DNA of 48,963 bases from positions 1-48,963 of IMG/VR virus record IMGVR_UViG_3300037467_000240, one strand, 5' to 3'. The position numbers and the translations under genes were made by a program. Of this stretch, positions 34,709 to 43,335 are shown one piece after another (position 1 is the first letter of the stretch; each line of letters begins with the position of its first letter). Origin of the DNA: a virus. Taxonomy: Duplodnaviria; Caudoviricetes. A model generated the notes under the pieces. The model was given only the letters and a program-made list of their open reading frames with translations, ran no database searches and was not told the origin of the DNA.

Positions 34709-37654
34709 TTACGAGGCGAGGTCGAAGGCACCGGGGCACCCGTTGCCGTTCGTCGCTCTCGTAGTCCCGCTCAGGTCTTCAGGGAAGCACTGATCAGTGG
34801 CACTGATCATCCCCTTGTGCGGCGAGAGGCTGGTGGGGTGGTAGTCCCCGCCACCTGCCTTCGCACCGCTCGGTGCCGACCAGGACTGATCGTTGACCCA
34901 TTTGGGATCAAGGTTGACGCCGGTCAGCGTGGTGGCCTCGAACACCTCGCCTGCGTTGTTGCCTGGACCAGCCACGTTGTTGAAGCTGCCAGCCCCAAAC
35001 AGCGCATTCTTGTAGCGGTCCACGCTGTGGATGGAGTGCCAGTTGCCCACGCGGAAGCGGTTCATGCGAGGTGTGGCACTGTCGTACAGGTCCGACTTCG
35101 CGTTGCGGTCCATGTAGGCGTTGCAGCGGTCGATCACGCGCTTTTGGACGCAGCCGAGGGCGCTGGGCGAGGTCTCGTTGATCGCCCCGTTGGAGGCCAC
35201 GCTGTTCTCGTTGTACACGAGGTTGATGCCTTCACCAGCGTAGGTGTTCCAGAGGTGGTACAGGAGCGGGATCGGCCGGATGGTGCCGTCAGCTGACAGC
35301 TCGCCGCCCTTCGAACTCGCGACGCCAGCATTGCTGTACACCTCAACGAAGTTCATCATCCAGCAGCCTGCGCGAGCGAGGTCACCCGTGGTGCCGGTCT
35401 GGTTGAAGTCCTTGGGCGTGGCCTTACACGTCGGGAAGCTGTTGAAGGCACGCATGCTCGTCTGGAGCTGAGGTCCAGGAAGCGTTGTACTGCCCGTCCC
35501 CTCAGCGCAGTAGTACTGCGACGGGTTGAACATGTTGGCGCCGTTGCTGAAGATGATCCCAACAACGTTGACCGCGACCGTGGTGCAGTTGGACGACTGC
35601 CCGGTCAGGTTGCTGGCGCTCATGGTGCCGCCCGCAACCAGCTTGATGTTGCTGAATGCGTCGATGCCCAGAGCCGGGCCACAGCCGTCGAAGATGCAGT
35701 TGGTGAACCACATCAGGCCCATGCGAGCCATACAGCGCTGTTGACTGGTCCCCGCGCCGGTGAGCTTGCAGCCTTCGAACCACGTCTCAAAGTTGTACTC
35801 AGAGGCGTTCGAAGGCGCGAGCGACTGATTGTCCAGCGCCGCCGTGGTGGTGTTGCCTTGGATCGTGACTTCCACGAACTTGACACGGCGACCACCGGTC
35901 TTGAGCGAGGTTGAGGCCGCAGGCGTGATGACCACATCCGCATAGGAGGACGTGGTGGACGGGTGGCGCTGGATGATCATCCAGGTGTCGCCCTTGGTGC
36001 CAGAGCTCATGTTGCTCGTGGTGCCGTGGTACCCGACGTAGGTGCCGCTCTTGAGGTAGATGACAATGTTGCCGGTGTCGTTCTTGTTGCGACCGCCCGA
36101 ACCGGTTGCCAGAGCGCTCTTGGTCAGGGCCGCGACCTTGGCCGCGCTGATCGTCGCGAACGGCGAGGCGTCGGCTGTGGCCTGGGTCAGGCTCGCCACC
36201 CCGGTGCCATCGTTGCCTGACGTCGGGTCCACGGTGGCATACATGGGAGCCCAGGCCGCCGAGGCATCCTTGCGGAACGGGATGCGCTTGGTGTTGTTCG
36301 TGGGCGCACCACCCGCCTGCGTCGGGATCGCGAGGCCATAGCCGTGCGTGTTGGACAGGAACGAAGCGCCCCGGAACGGGAACACATCGTACTCCAGCCC
36401 GTACCAACCATCAGAAAGGCTGCTGATGTCGATGGTCTGGCCGAACACCTGCACGATGTTGCCAGCCGTGCTGATCGTGGAGCGGACCATGCTCGTGACT
36501 TTGGCAGGCGTCAGCACCGTGTTGCCGTTGGACAGGTCGATCACGCGGAACTGGACGCAAGCGGCCATGCGGCCTGACTGGCCAAAGGGATGCCCAACGA
36601 CAAGCTCCGCACGCAGGCTGGAGGTCACACGCTGGTAGGGCTGCGTCAGCTCGGTGATGACCGGCTGGTATTGGGCTATGGTGCTGTTGTTGGTCTTGGT
36701 GATGATGTTGACGTTGCCAGCACGGCTCGCGCCGTACAGGTTGGCCGACGCATTGACAGCCGTGATCGTCTCACCGGCATGGATCGTCTGGTCAAGCACC
36801 ACGTAGATTTCAGCATCAGCCCCGTTCTGGATTTCCATCTTGGGGAGGGTGAAGCCGCCGCTGGCCGAGCCGATGCACTCCCAGCTCACGCCACCGTCCG
36901 TGACCACCTGGCCAACCGTGGTGTGCGTGGGGGCGGTGGCGCCGCAAGTCCCGGCCGTCGTGGCCCGGTAGAACTTGGTGGAGCCGCTGAAGTCCCGGAT
37001 GCGGCGATCATTGATGGCCACCACTTCACCGGTGGTCCAGTCGGGGTCAACCGGGAGGCGCAGGGCAATGGTCGGCTTGACAGTGCGTGACGGCGTAGTC
37101 GCACCGCCGGTGCTGTCGAAGCCCGCACCCTGGACCGTGAGCGTCAGCTTGGTCGGATCGAAGGTCTGCCCGATGGACATGCCCTTGAACACCAGCTTCA
37201 GGCCGTAGCCGTTGAGGTTCACCAGGTTCGTGGGGCTCGTGACAACCGGCGTGGCGTCCATGACCGTGACGGACAGCAGGTCGTTGTTGACAGCGCCGAC
37301 TGCGGTGCTGATGGAGAACGTGTCGCTGGTGGTGCCGATGTTGAGCACCACGTCCACGGTCGTGTCAGGATCGGTGCTGGAGTTGCGTCGCACCGAGAAC
37401 TGATCTCCGTTGACAGCCGTTCCGGCCGACGAGGTGTAGGCTCCACCGTTCTTGCTGTACGTGCCCCCGGTGACCGTGACCGCAGCCGTGCCATTGATGC
37501 CGGTGACGGTGATCGTGTTCGAGGTGTATTGCGTGTTGAGGGTGGCGCCCGTGACGTCGTTGAAATGGTAGGGGTCGGGCAGCACGTCAATCTGCCCTGA
37601 GACCTTTCCACCAAGCTGGCCGAGCCGTCCGAGGGAACCGGGACCTTTGCGCAT
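34709..37654 (-). CDS. large fibre/spike-like protein (Ig-like + carbohydrate-binding-like + beta-helix)
   Basis: 981 aa, Thr/Gly/Ser-rich; N-terminal Ig-like repeat (PDPYHFNDVTG...SNTITVTGIN); YRATTAGT..APTH..VTDGGVSW module; VDPTSGNDG...PFATI start of beta-helix; GDYHP..SP...GAFD end. Confidence 0.7.
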   Translation of the reverse strand: MRKGPGSLGRLGQLGGKVSGQIDVLPDPYHFNDVTGATLNTQYTSNTITVTGINGTAAVTVTGGTYSKNGGAYTSSAGTAVNGDQFSVRRNSSTDPDTTVDVVLNIGTTSDTFSISTAVGAVNNDLLSVTVMDATPVVTSPTNLVNLNGYGLKLVFKGMSIGQTFDPTKLTLTVQGAGFDSTGGATTPSRTVKPTIALRLPVDPDWTTGEVVAINDRRIRDFSGSTKFYRATTAGTCGATAPTHTTVGQVVTDGGVSWECIGSASGGFTLPKMEIQNGADAEIYVVLDQTIHAGETITAVNASANLYGASRAGNVNIITKTNNSTIAQYQPVITELTQPYQRVTSSLRAELVVGHPFGQSGRMAACVQFRVIDLSNGNTVLTPAKVTSMVRSTISTAGNIVQVFGQTIDISSLSDGWYGLEYDVFPFRGASFLSNTHGYGLAIPTQAGGAPTNNTKRIPFRKDASAAWAPMYATVDPTSGNDGTGVASLTQATADASPFATISAAKVAALTKSALATGSGGRNKNDTGNIVIYLKSGTYVGYHGTTSNMSSGTKGDTWMIIQRHPSTTSSYADVVITPAASTSLKTGGRRVKFVEVTIQGNTTTAALDNQSLAPSNASEYNFETWFEGCKLTGAGTSQQRCMARMGLMWFTNCIFDGCGPALGIDAFSNIKLVAGGTMSASNLTGQSSNCTTVAVNVVGIIFSNGANMFNPSQYYCAEGTGSTTLPGPQLQTSMRAFNSFPTCKATPKDFNQTGTTGDLARAGCWMMNFVEVYSNAGVASSKGGELSADGTIRPIPLLYHLWNTYAGEGINLVYNENSVASNGAINETSPSALGCVQKRVIDRCNAYMDRNAKSDLYDSATPRMNRFRVGNWHSIHSVDRYKNALFGAGSFNNVAGPGNNAGEVFEATTLTGVNLDPKWVNDQSWSAPSGAKAGGGDYHPTSLSPHKGMISATDQCFPEDLSGTTRATNGNGCPGAFDLAS

Positions 37655-37666
37655 GGCGGATGATCC

Positions 37667-37993
37667 TTACAGGACGCCGCAGGGAGTGATATACAGCGTG
37701 CCAGAGCCACTGAGGGCAGCGGCGGCGATCTTGTCTTCACCCCGCTTGACCTGGATGAAGTGGCGCTCGCCGGCAGCCAGCACGAAGTTGTAGGCTGCGC
37801 CGGTGTCAGGGGTCGGCCCCCGAGCGATCTTCATGTCAGCGCCCATGGCGTGGAGCATGACTTCATCAGCGTCGATCACGGCGCTGGTGGGAGTGCTGGA
37901 GGTGGTGATGGCCAGCGCCTCTTGGATGTTTCCATACAGACGGGTGCCAGCTTCATAGGGATCGAACACAGACGACGCTCCTGGATTGGACAA
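37667..37993 (-). CDS. small all-beta virion protein (head spike base candidate)
   Basis: 108 aa, ends KIAAAALSGSGTLYITP; TTG start uncertain. Confidence 0.55.
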   Translation of the reverse strand: MSNPGASSVFDPYEAGTRLYGNIQEALAITTSSTPTSAVIDADEVMLHAMGADMKIARGPTPDTGAAYNFVLAAGERHFIQVKRGEDKIAAAALSGSGTLYITPCGVL

Positions 37994-38089
37994 GCGCCGA
38001 GCAATGCTATGAGCCCGGTGAACATCGCACCCTTACTGCGGACCTCAGCCCAGAGGCAAGGCGGTTCACAGCCTCTGGGCGTTGGTCGG

Positions 38090-39775
38090 TCAGCCGAAGG
38101 CTCCAAGCGCCCTGTCAAGAGCGGATTGGTTTTCTTCGCTCGGCATTGATCCGGCTTTCACCTCTCGCGGACCCTCGGGCACCTGCGTGGTCGGCACGCT
38201 GATGAGGCGCTGATAGGCGCGGCTGGCGGCGTCCACCTGGTCCTTGTATGCGCCCCTAGGGAACGTGGCAAGCTCGTTGAGGAAGGCGTCATTCCACGGC
38301 CCCTTGACGATCTTGACGTTGCCATTGTTCCACTGCGAGGCGAGGGGGATGGCGCGGTCAGCCTTGTCGCCTGACTCAGGCGTGATGCTGAACTTGCGGC
38401 CGTCCAGGGCCTTGCCGAGGTGAGCCTTCTGCGACTTGCCGGCCGAGCCGGGGTCTTGGGGCAGGTCCTGGTGCACGCCAAAGTCGTCATCGCGAGCGGT
38501 GTCAACGATGTGTTGCTCAGCCGCTTCGATCTCAGCCCTGACCCTGGTGACGTGCTTCACCACGTAGCCGCCGGTGGGCGTCTTGCCAAGCATCACGCTG
38601 GCTGTGTAGGGGCTGGTCTTGCGCGTGGAACCGGCGATGTCCCAGCCTCGCACCCATTCGCAGTTGGCAGGGGCGAACTCCAAAGGCTCACCGCACGCAT
38701 CCCGCTTGAACATGCCGCCGCCACGAGGCGCGGGGCGCTGCTGCAGCTGACCAGCAACAGCGTAGTCGCCGCCCCATGAGCTGAGCGTGCGCTTGAGGTC
38801 CGCGACCCCCTTGGCAGTGAAGCGCTCAGGGAACAGCAGCTCATCCTCGACCGTGCGGGGGTCAGTGAAGGTCAGCTCCTCCGGCTGCGCAGGATCAGCG
38901 CCCGCTGGTCGCAGGACCGTGTGGCAGCGTCGGCTGGGTTCGAACTCCATGGGCAGCTCTAGGTGCACGTAGGGCAGCCCCTCGGCCAGGATCAGGCCGG
39001 ACACGTCCCGCTCGTGGACGCGCTGCATGATCACCACGAAGGCTGACTCATCCAGATCGTTCACGCGTGAGGGGACAACTTCGGTGAACCACTGCGCCTT
39101 GCTGTCAAGATCCACCTCGCTCTCAGCGGTCTTGACGTTGTGGGGGTCGTCGATGATGAACCTGTCGCCCCGCTCGCCGGTCGCTGTACCGCCGACCGAG
39201 GTGGCAATGCGGAAGCCCCTGTGGTCGTTCTCATACTTCACCTTGGCGTTCTGGTCGCTTGCCATGGCGAAGCGATCACCCCAGAGGTGTTGATACATGT
39301 CGCTTTCGATCAGCTGTCGAGCCCGGCGGTTGTCCCGGATCGTCAGTGACTCGCTGTACGAGGCTGACACGTAGCGCAGGAAGGGCTGGTTGCGTGGCCC
39401 CCACTCCCAGCTGGGCCAGATCACCTGCGTGAGCAGCGACTTCATCATGCCCGGCGGGACGTTGATGAGGAGCTTCTTGATGTGGCCGTAGCTGACCGCC
39501 TCAAGGTGGTCGCAGATCGCCCGGATCGCCCAACCATCCTTCATCTCGCGGCCAGGCTCCAGGACGGGCCACATCATCTTGGCGTAGTCGATCAACGACG
39601 CCTCTGCGATGTCCTGGTTGAGCAGCGCCAAGGCCTTCTGCGCATCGCTGAGGGCATGCGTGACCTTGGTGTGGATCGCGAGCCGAGCGCGCTCCTCCGG
39701 TGGCATGGGGCCGCGCCCCTGCTTGGTCTTGCCGATCAGGTGGTGGCGTCCGTTGTGGGGGTCCTTGAAGGTCAT
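38090..39775 (-). CDS. terL: terminase large subunit
   Basis: NVPPGMMKS Walker A, GERGDRFIIDDP Walker B, IMQRVHERD, WDIA, FPRGAYKDQVDA nuclease motif. Confidence 0.95.
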   Translation of the reverse strand: MTFKDPHNGRHHLIGKTKQGRGPMPPEERARLAIHTKVTHALSDAQKALALLNQDIAEASLIDYAKMMWPVLEPGREMKDGWAIRAICDHLEAVSYGHIKKLLINVPPGMMKSLLTQVIWPSWEWGPRNQPFLRYVSASYSESLTIRDNRRARQLIESDMYQHLWGDRFAMASDQNAKVKYENDHRGFRIATSVGGTATGERGDRFIIDDPHNVKTAESEVDLDSKAQWFTEVVPSRVNDLDESAFVVIMQRVHERDVSGLILAEGLPYVHLELPMEFEPSRRCHTVLRPAGADPAQPEELTFTDPRTVEDELLFPERFTAKGVADLKRTLSSWGGDYAVAGQLQQRPAPRGGGMFKRDACGEPLEFAPANCEWVRGWDIAGSTRKTSPYTASVMLGKTPTGGYVVKHVTRVRAEIEAAEQHIVDTARDDDFGVHQDLPQDPGSAGKSQKAHLGKALDGRKFSITPESGDKADRAIPLASQWNNGNVKIVKGPWNDAFLNELATFPRGAYKDQVDAASRAYQRLISVPTTQVPEGPREVKAGSMPSEENQSALDRALGAFG

Positions 39776-39936
39776 TGCTCGCCGTCCTTGAGCGGCACGA
39801 TGCGGAACCGTTCTCCAGTGGGCAACGTAGCAACCAAACCGCGCAGCTTGGTGCCCTTTGGGAACCGGATCGCTGCCATGATTGCTGCTAGGCGCACTGC
39901 GTCCTCAATCCACTCGTCATTGGGCCGTTCAAACAT
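39772..39936 (-). CDS. small hypothetical protein
   Basis: ATG 39936 overlaps the terS end; its stop overlaps the terL start. Confidence 0.55.
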   Translation of the reverse strand: MFERPNDEWIEDAVRLAAIMAAIRFPKGTKLRGLVATLPTGERFRIVPLKDGEQ

Positions 39937-40483
39937 CGCTGTGATCCTCCAGCTTCTGCTGCGAGATGACCTGATGCTGCTCAGCGGCCTTGACGCGTTG
40001 AGCTTCCAGGTCCTCCATGATGATGTCCCGGATGCGCTTCTTGGCGTCCAGGCTGAGCTGCTTGAAAACGTCCAGGCCGCCGCCGAGCTGACCCTGGTGA
40101 TTGACCGTGATCTCGCTCTTGTTGGCGAACTCAGGATGGAGCTTGGTCGCCATGAGCTCAAGCAGCCGGTCGGACTTCTTTTGAACGTACCCGACCACCT
40201 TGCCCATGTGGAACACCGGCTCGTTCCAGCCGTCCACGGCCCGGCTGCGCACCTCAGTCTTCACGCTCTCAAGGAACTTGGCGTAGGACTCATCCCACAG
40301 CTCTTGCCACTCAAGATCGCCGATAGCCGCTTGCGCGTTGATGGCGTCCATCACGCCGCCATACTTGACGCCGGACAGCTCACAGCTCTTGTACTTCGCC
40401 CCTGTGAGCTCAAGGTTGGTGCATATCTCCTGGAACAACGCCCAAGTGATCTTCACCCTGCTCTCGTCTGGCCGCTTTGCCAT
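39929..40483 (-). CDS. terS: terminase small subunit
   Basis: EVRSRAVDGWNEPVFHMGKVVG...SDRLLELM...PEF; upstream of terL. Confidence 0.82.
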   Translation of the reverse strand: MAKRPDESRVKITWALFQEICTNLELTGAKYKSCELSGVKYGGVMDAINAQAAIGDLEWQELWDESYAKFLESVKTEVRSRAVDGWNEPVFHMGKVVGYVQKKSDRLLELMATKLHPEFANKSEITVNHQGQLGGGLDVFKQLSLDAKKRIRDIIMEDLEAQRVKAAEQHQVISQQKLEDHSDV

Positions 40484-40872
40484 GTGTCGTCCCTAAACGT
40501 TGGTAGCAATGAGGCTCCGCGCCCGCATGCTAATTGAGTCATGAGTTGGAGGGGAGTGGTGTTTCATTGCCCAGAACACGCGCTCACCATTCTCAGCCTA
40601 CTTAGGTTCGTACTTAACGCTGACAATTGAACGTAAGTACACTGAATGCCATCATAAAACACACATAAATATATGTTTCTCTTTACGTTAGTTAAGTAGA
40701 GATTGATATACTTATGTTCTTGTGGGCTATCGGTGCCGGAGCTAGGGAATTCCCTGTCTCGGAATACCCGAGTACCCACGAGCGTGTCAAGTAAGGTAAG
40801 AAAGCCTGGGCAACGCAGCATAATACAACGCTTACCTTTATAGCACTCGTTAAGCCAAAAGTCGCCGTTCGC

Positions 40873-41290
40873 TTAATAACGTGGCCGAATGCCCATGATC
40901 CGGGGGTTTAGGCACCTCCACTCGTATCCCCAATCAAGGTTGGTCGCCCACCCGAGCTTCCGGCTGCTCACTAGCCAGTCCGGCATATTGAGCTTGGCCC
41001 TCAGCTTGTGGATCATTTGATGGAGAGTGTTCGCCGGGTTCGATGGTCGCGGTCTCCCGGCCCAAAGCCCAGCAATCAGGTCCTCCTTGCTGATGTATCG
41101 CAAGTGGTGAGAGCTGGATAGGCTCGCGAGGTGTCGAGCCATGATGAGCTCAATGAGCTCGCCTTCCATGGGCGTCACGTCCACGACCCTTGGATATTGT
41201 CCGATGAATATGTGGACCTTGGAACAAGTGAGCTTTCGCAAGTCGATGTCTCCGCAAGATGCGGCTCTTACATAACTCGCAAAGGATAAT
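40873..41290 (-). CDS. receiver-less OmpR/PhoB-type winged-helix protein (start uncertain)
   Basis: VTPMEGELIELI...ISKEDLIAGLW...NTLHQMIHKLRAKL...LVSSRKLGW. The ORF-track start at 41340 lies inside a terminator, so the true start is downstream. Confidence 0.75.
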
Positions 41291-41324
41291 GGCGCTTCAC
41301 TTATTAAGTGACCTATCCCCGCAC

Positions 41325-41400
41325 AAGAAAAAGCCCCCACCGCTTCACAGCAGCAGGGGCCTAGTCAGGGAGGAAACGCTCAGGGGTGAGCCTGAGCACA
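41325..41400 (-). ncRNA. alpha-r8 / suhB / MmgR-like small RNA
   Basis: Hairpin (41377-41398), then single-stranded UUUCCUCCCU (41367-41376), then GACU and a GC-rich terminator with a U run (41325-41362). Confidence 0.72.
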
Positions 41401-41436
41401 TCGCCCAGGTAACATCGCCCAGGACAGGCTGCCCGT

Positions 41437-41937
41437 CTACTTAGGAGGATTGTCCAGCCGGGGGCCGATGTCTGCTAGTACAACCCCAGCCAGACCGCCT
41501 GTATGGCCGAGCAACCACCAGCTGCCATCTGTTTCAAGCTCAGCAGGTTGCCAACCCTCGCCTTTAACACGCTTCACCCAATAGAACCCCGGCTCCCGCT
41601 TCGGAGGAGGATCAAGGAAGTCAGCCGCGTCCAGGAACATCTGCGCAGCTGGTGCGCCAACACGCGCAGACATACCTCTCAAGGCTTCAGCCAATGAGAC
41701 AGCCTCCACCGACCTCGGCAGCCCCTCCACCATCCAACGCACCATCTCGGTCGCCTGCGTCGCGGTGAACAGGTTCGTCCCGTTGGGCTCATGCCTCATG
41801 GGAGGTTTGCCCTGCTTGGCCATGTACTCCGCGCTGTGCTCAGGCTCGAATACGATCCCACAGTCAGGTGAGAAATTGGCAGGCAGCTTCCACCCTAGGA
41901 AACGGCTCACCATGTGCTTGATTTGTCTGTCATCCAT
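41437..41937 (-). CDS. hypothetical protein
   Basis: SD-preceded ATG 41937; C-terminal EPGFYWVKR module. Confidence 0.65.
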   Translation of the reverse strand: MDDRQIKHMVSRFLGWKLPANFSPDCGIVFEPEHSAEYMAKQGKPPMRHEPNGTNLFTATQATEMVRWMVEGLPRSVEAVSLAEALRGMSARVGAPAAQMFLDAADFLDPPPKREPGFYWVKRVKGEGWQPAELETDGSWWLLGHTGGLAGVVLADIGPRLDNPPK

Positions 41938-42178
41938 CCTTGTTCTCCTTCGATTTAGCTTCCAACTCGGCCACGCGATCAATCAAGCGTTTCTCACCGT
42001 CTAAATCCAACAACGGACTCAGTACAGTTAGCTCATTGTCGTACCAGGTGAACTGCGTGCCGATCAGCTTCCACAGGCCTTGACCGATGTGCTGGGCAAT
42101 CCGGGTTTCACCATGCTTGGCGAACTCGTTGGGCAGCAGCTGCACCCAATACAGGCCCTTCGATCGCTCAGTCACCAC
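41930..42178 (-). CDS. hypothetical protein
   Basis: KGLYWVQ module; coupled to its neighbours. Confidence 0.6.
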   Translation of the reverse strand: MVTERSKGLYWVQLLPNEFAKHGETRIAQHIGQGLWKLIGTQFTWYDNELTVLSPLLDLDGEKRLIDRVAELEAKSKENKDG

Positions 42179-42300
42179 TGAGCCTTATACACGCGATCTC
42201 CATTTACATAACAATCTTGATGTGGATCGCACCTCTCGTAGATTTGCGACCGATTACAAGCCGTCAGTCCCAGCATCACAACAATCAAGATGATCTTCAT
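42172..42300 (-). CDS. small lipoprotein (42 aa)
   Basis: Not in the ORF track. MKIILIVVMLGLTAC NRSQIYERCDPHQDCYVNGDRVYKAQW*; LTAC lipobox; ATGA coupling upstream. Confidence 0.65.
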   Translation of the reverse strand: MKIILIVVMLGLTACNRSQIYERCDPHQDCYVNGDRVYKAQW

Positions 42301-42626
42301 GACTCGTCTGCCTCCTTCATCGCTGATGATTCATCCAACACTATCATTCGCGCTCGCTTACCGCCGACGTGGGCCATGACATGCGCTGTCATGGCAGCCT
42401 CTATCCGGCTGTAGTCCAGCTCCGGCAGCTCCGAAATCGGAGTGGTCATCCTCACCACGATAGGCATCTGCGGCACCATATCAAAGGTCCGTAGCTGGCC
42501 TGCCATGACGCGATACACCCCAGCCCACCGACCAACGCCAGGCTTCATCGTCCGACGACAGAACCTGGCACGATACGCCGGCAGCCTCCGCTTGGCCCGC
42601 TTGTTGACAGTCCTCAGTCGTGGCAT
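42297..42626 (-). CDS. hypothetical protein
   Basis: ATG 42626 with SD AGGAG. Confidence 0.55.
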   Translation of the reverse strand: MPRLRTVNKRAKRRLPAYRARFCRRTMKPGVGRWAGVYRVMAGQLRTFDMVPQMPIVVRMTTPISELPELDYSRIEAAMTAHVMAHVGGKRARMIVLDESSAMKEADES

Positions 42627-43102
42627 CCCTGCTCCTTTGCTAGGCGCTCGGTGAACGCCTCCATCTGCTCCAGCGTGTCGAAGCTGATGCTGTCGTACAT
42701 CGCTCCCTCGCCCACGGTCGCACCGCACTCCACCGCGATCCGGCGCATGGTCTCCATCTCAGTGGCGCTGTTCCGATCCTGGATCAGGCGCTGTGTGAAG
42801 TCCATCCTCAGCAACGGCTCCACAGCAGGTGAACTTGCGACATACGCCCACGCTCCACCTTGGATGGGTCCATCCCATCTGGCGTAGCTTCGATTGAACA
42901 CATCGCTGTGCTTGTAACCGTGGTGTACAGATTCAATCAGGCCAGCCCAGACCTCATCAGCGCTCGCGCCATCCCACCTGACATAGCTCGTGTTGGACAC
43001 GCCCCACACCTTGGACGTCCGGCGGCGCGTGAAGGCCTTGTGAGACCATTCCCACGACAGCAGTCGCCTCAACCGGCGCTTGTTCGCCGTCCGCAGCCTC
43101 AT
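42614..43102 (-). CDS. hypothetical protein
   Basis: ATG 43102 overlapping the upstream stop. Confidence 0.55.
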   Translation of the reverse strand: MRLRTANKRRLRRLLSWEWSHKAFTRRRTSKVWGVSNTSYVRWDGASADEVWAGLIESVHHGYKHSDVFNRSYARWDGPIQGGAWAYVASSPAVEPLLRMDFTQRLIQDRNSATEMETMRRIAVECGATVGEGAMYDSISFDTLEQMEAFTERLAKEQGCHD

Positions 43103-43335
43103 CGTTTGGCCCCCTTCATGTAGGCCCACGGCCAGACGTTCCTGATCCTATAGCCGTCCAGCGACATGCGTTTGGCTTCAGCCAACGGCAGCTTCATCAG
43201 CCCCACAGCGCTACCGGATTGGTAGATGCTAGCCGCAAGGGCAAGGTGCAGCGTCGTTAGCACCCCTCTGCGCTCCAGATAGATGTTAGCAGGCAGCCCC
43301 TCTTCAGGGCCGACGTTGAATGTCCGCAGCCTCAC
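43099..43335 (-). CDS. hypothetical protein
   Basis: Coupled GTGA/ATGA overlaps at both ends. Confidence 0.55.
   Translation of the reverse strand: MRLRTFNVGPEEGLPANIYLERRGVLTTLHLALAASIYQSGSAVGLMKLPLAEAKRMSLDGYRIRNVWPWAYMKGAKR

Noticed and set aside
18-40537. Many long + strand ORFs (e.g. 18-1166, 1305-2786, 24002-25627, 26607-28139, 33692-34666)
   Set aside because: They are antisense shadows of high-GC, codon-biased minus-strand genes, with no recognisable motifs.
40564-40821. 85-aa ORF in the AT-rich region
   Set aside because: Atypical composition, no SD, and it overlaps the repeat words; probably non-coding.
40560-41320. Full CtrA boxes (TTAA-N7-TTAA)
   Set aside because: Only isolated TTAA half-sites were found by eye, none with correct spacing.
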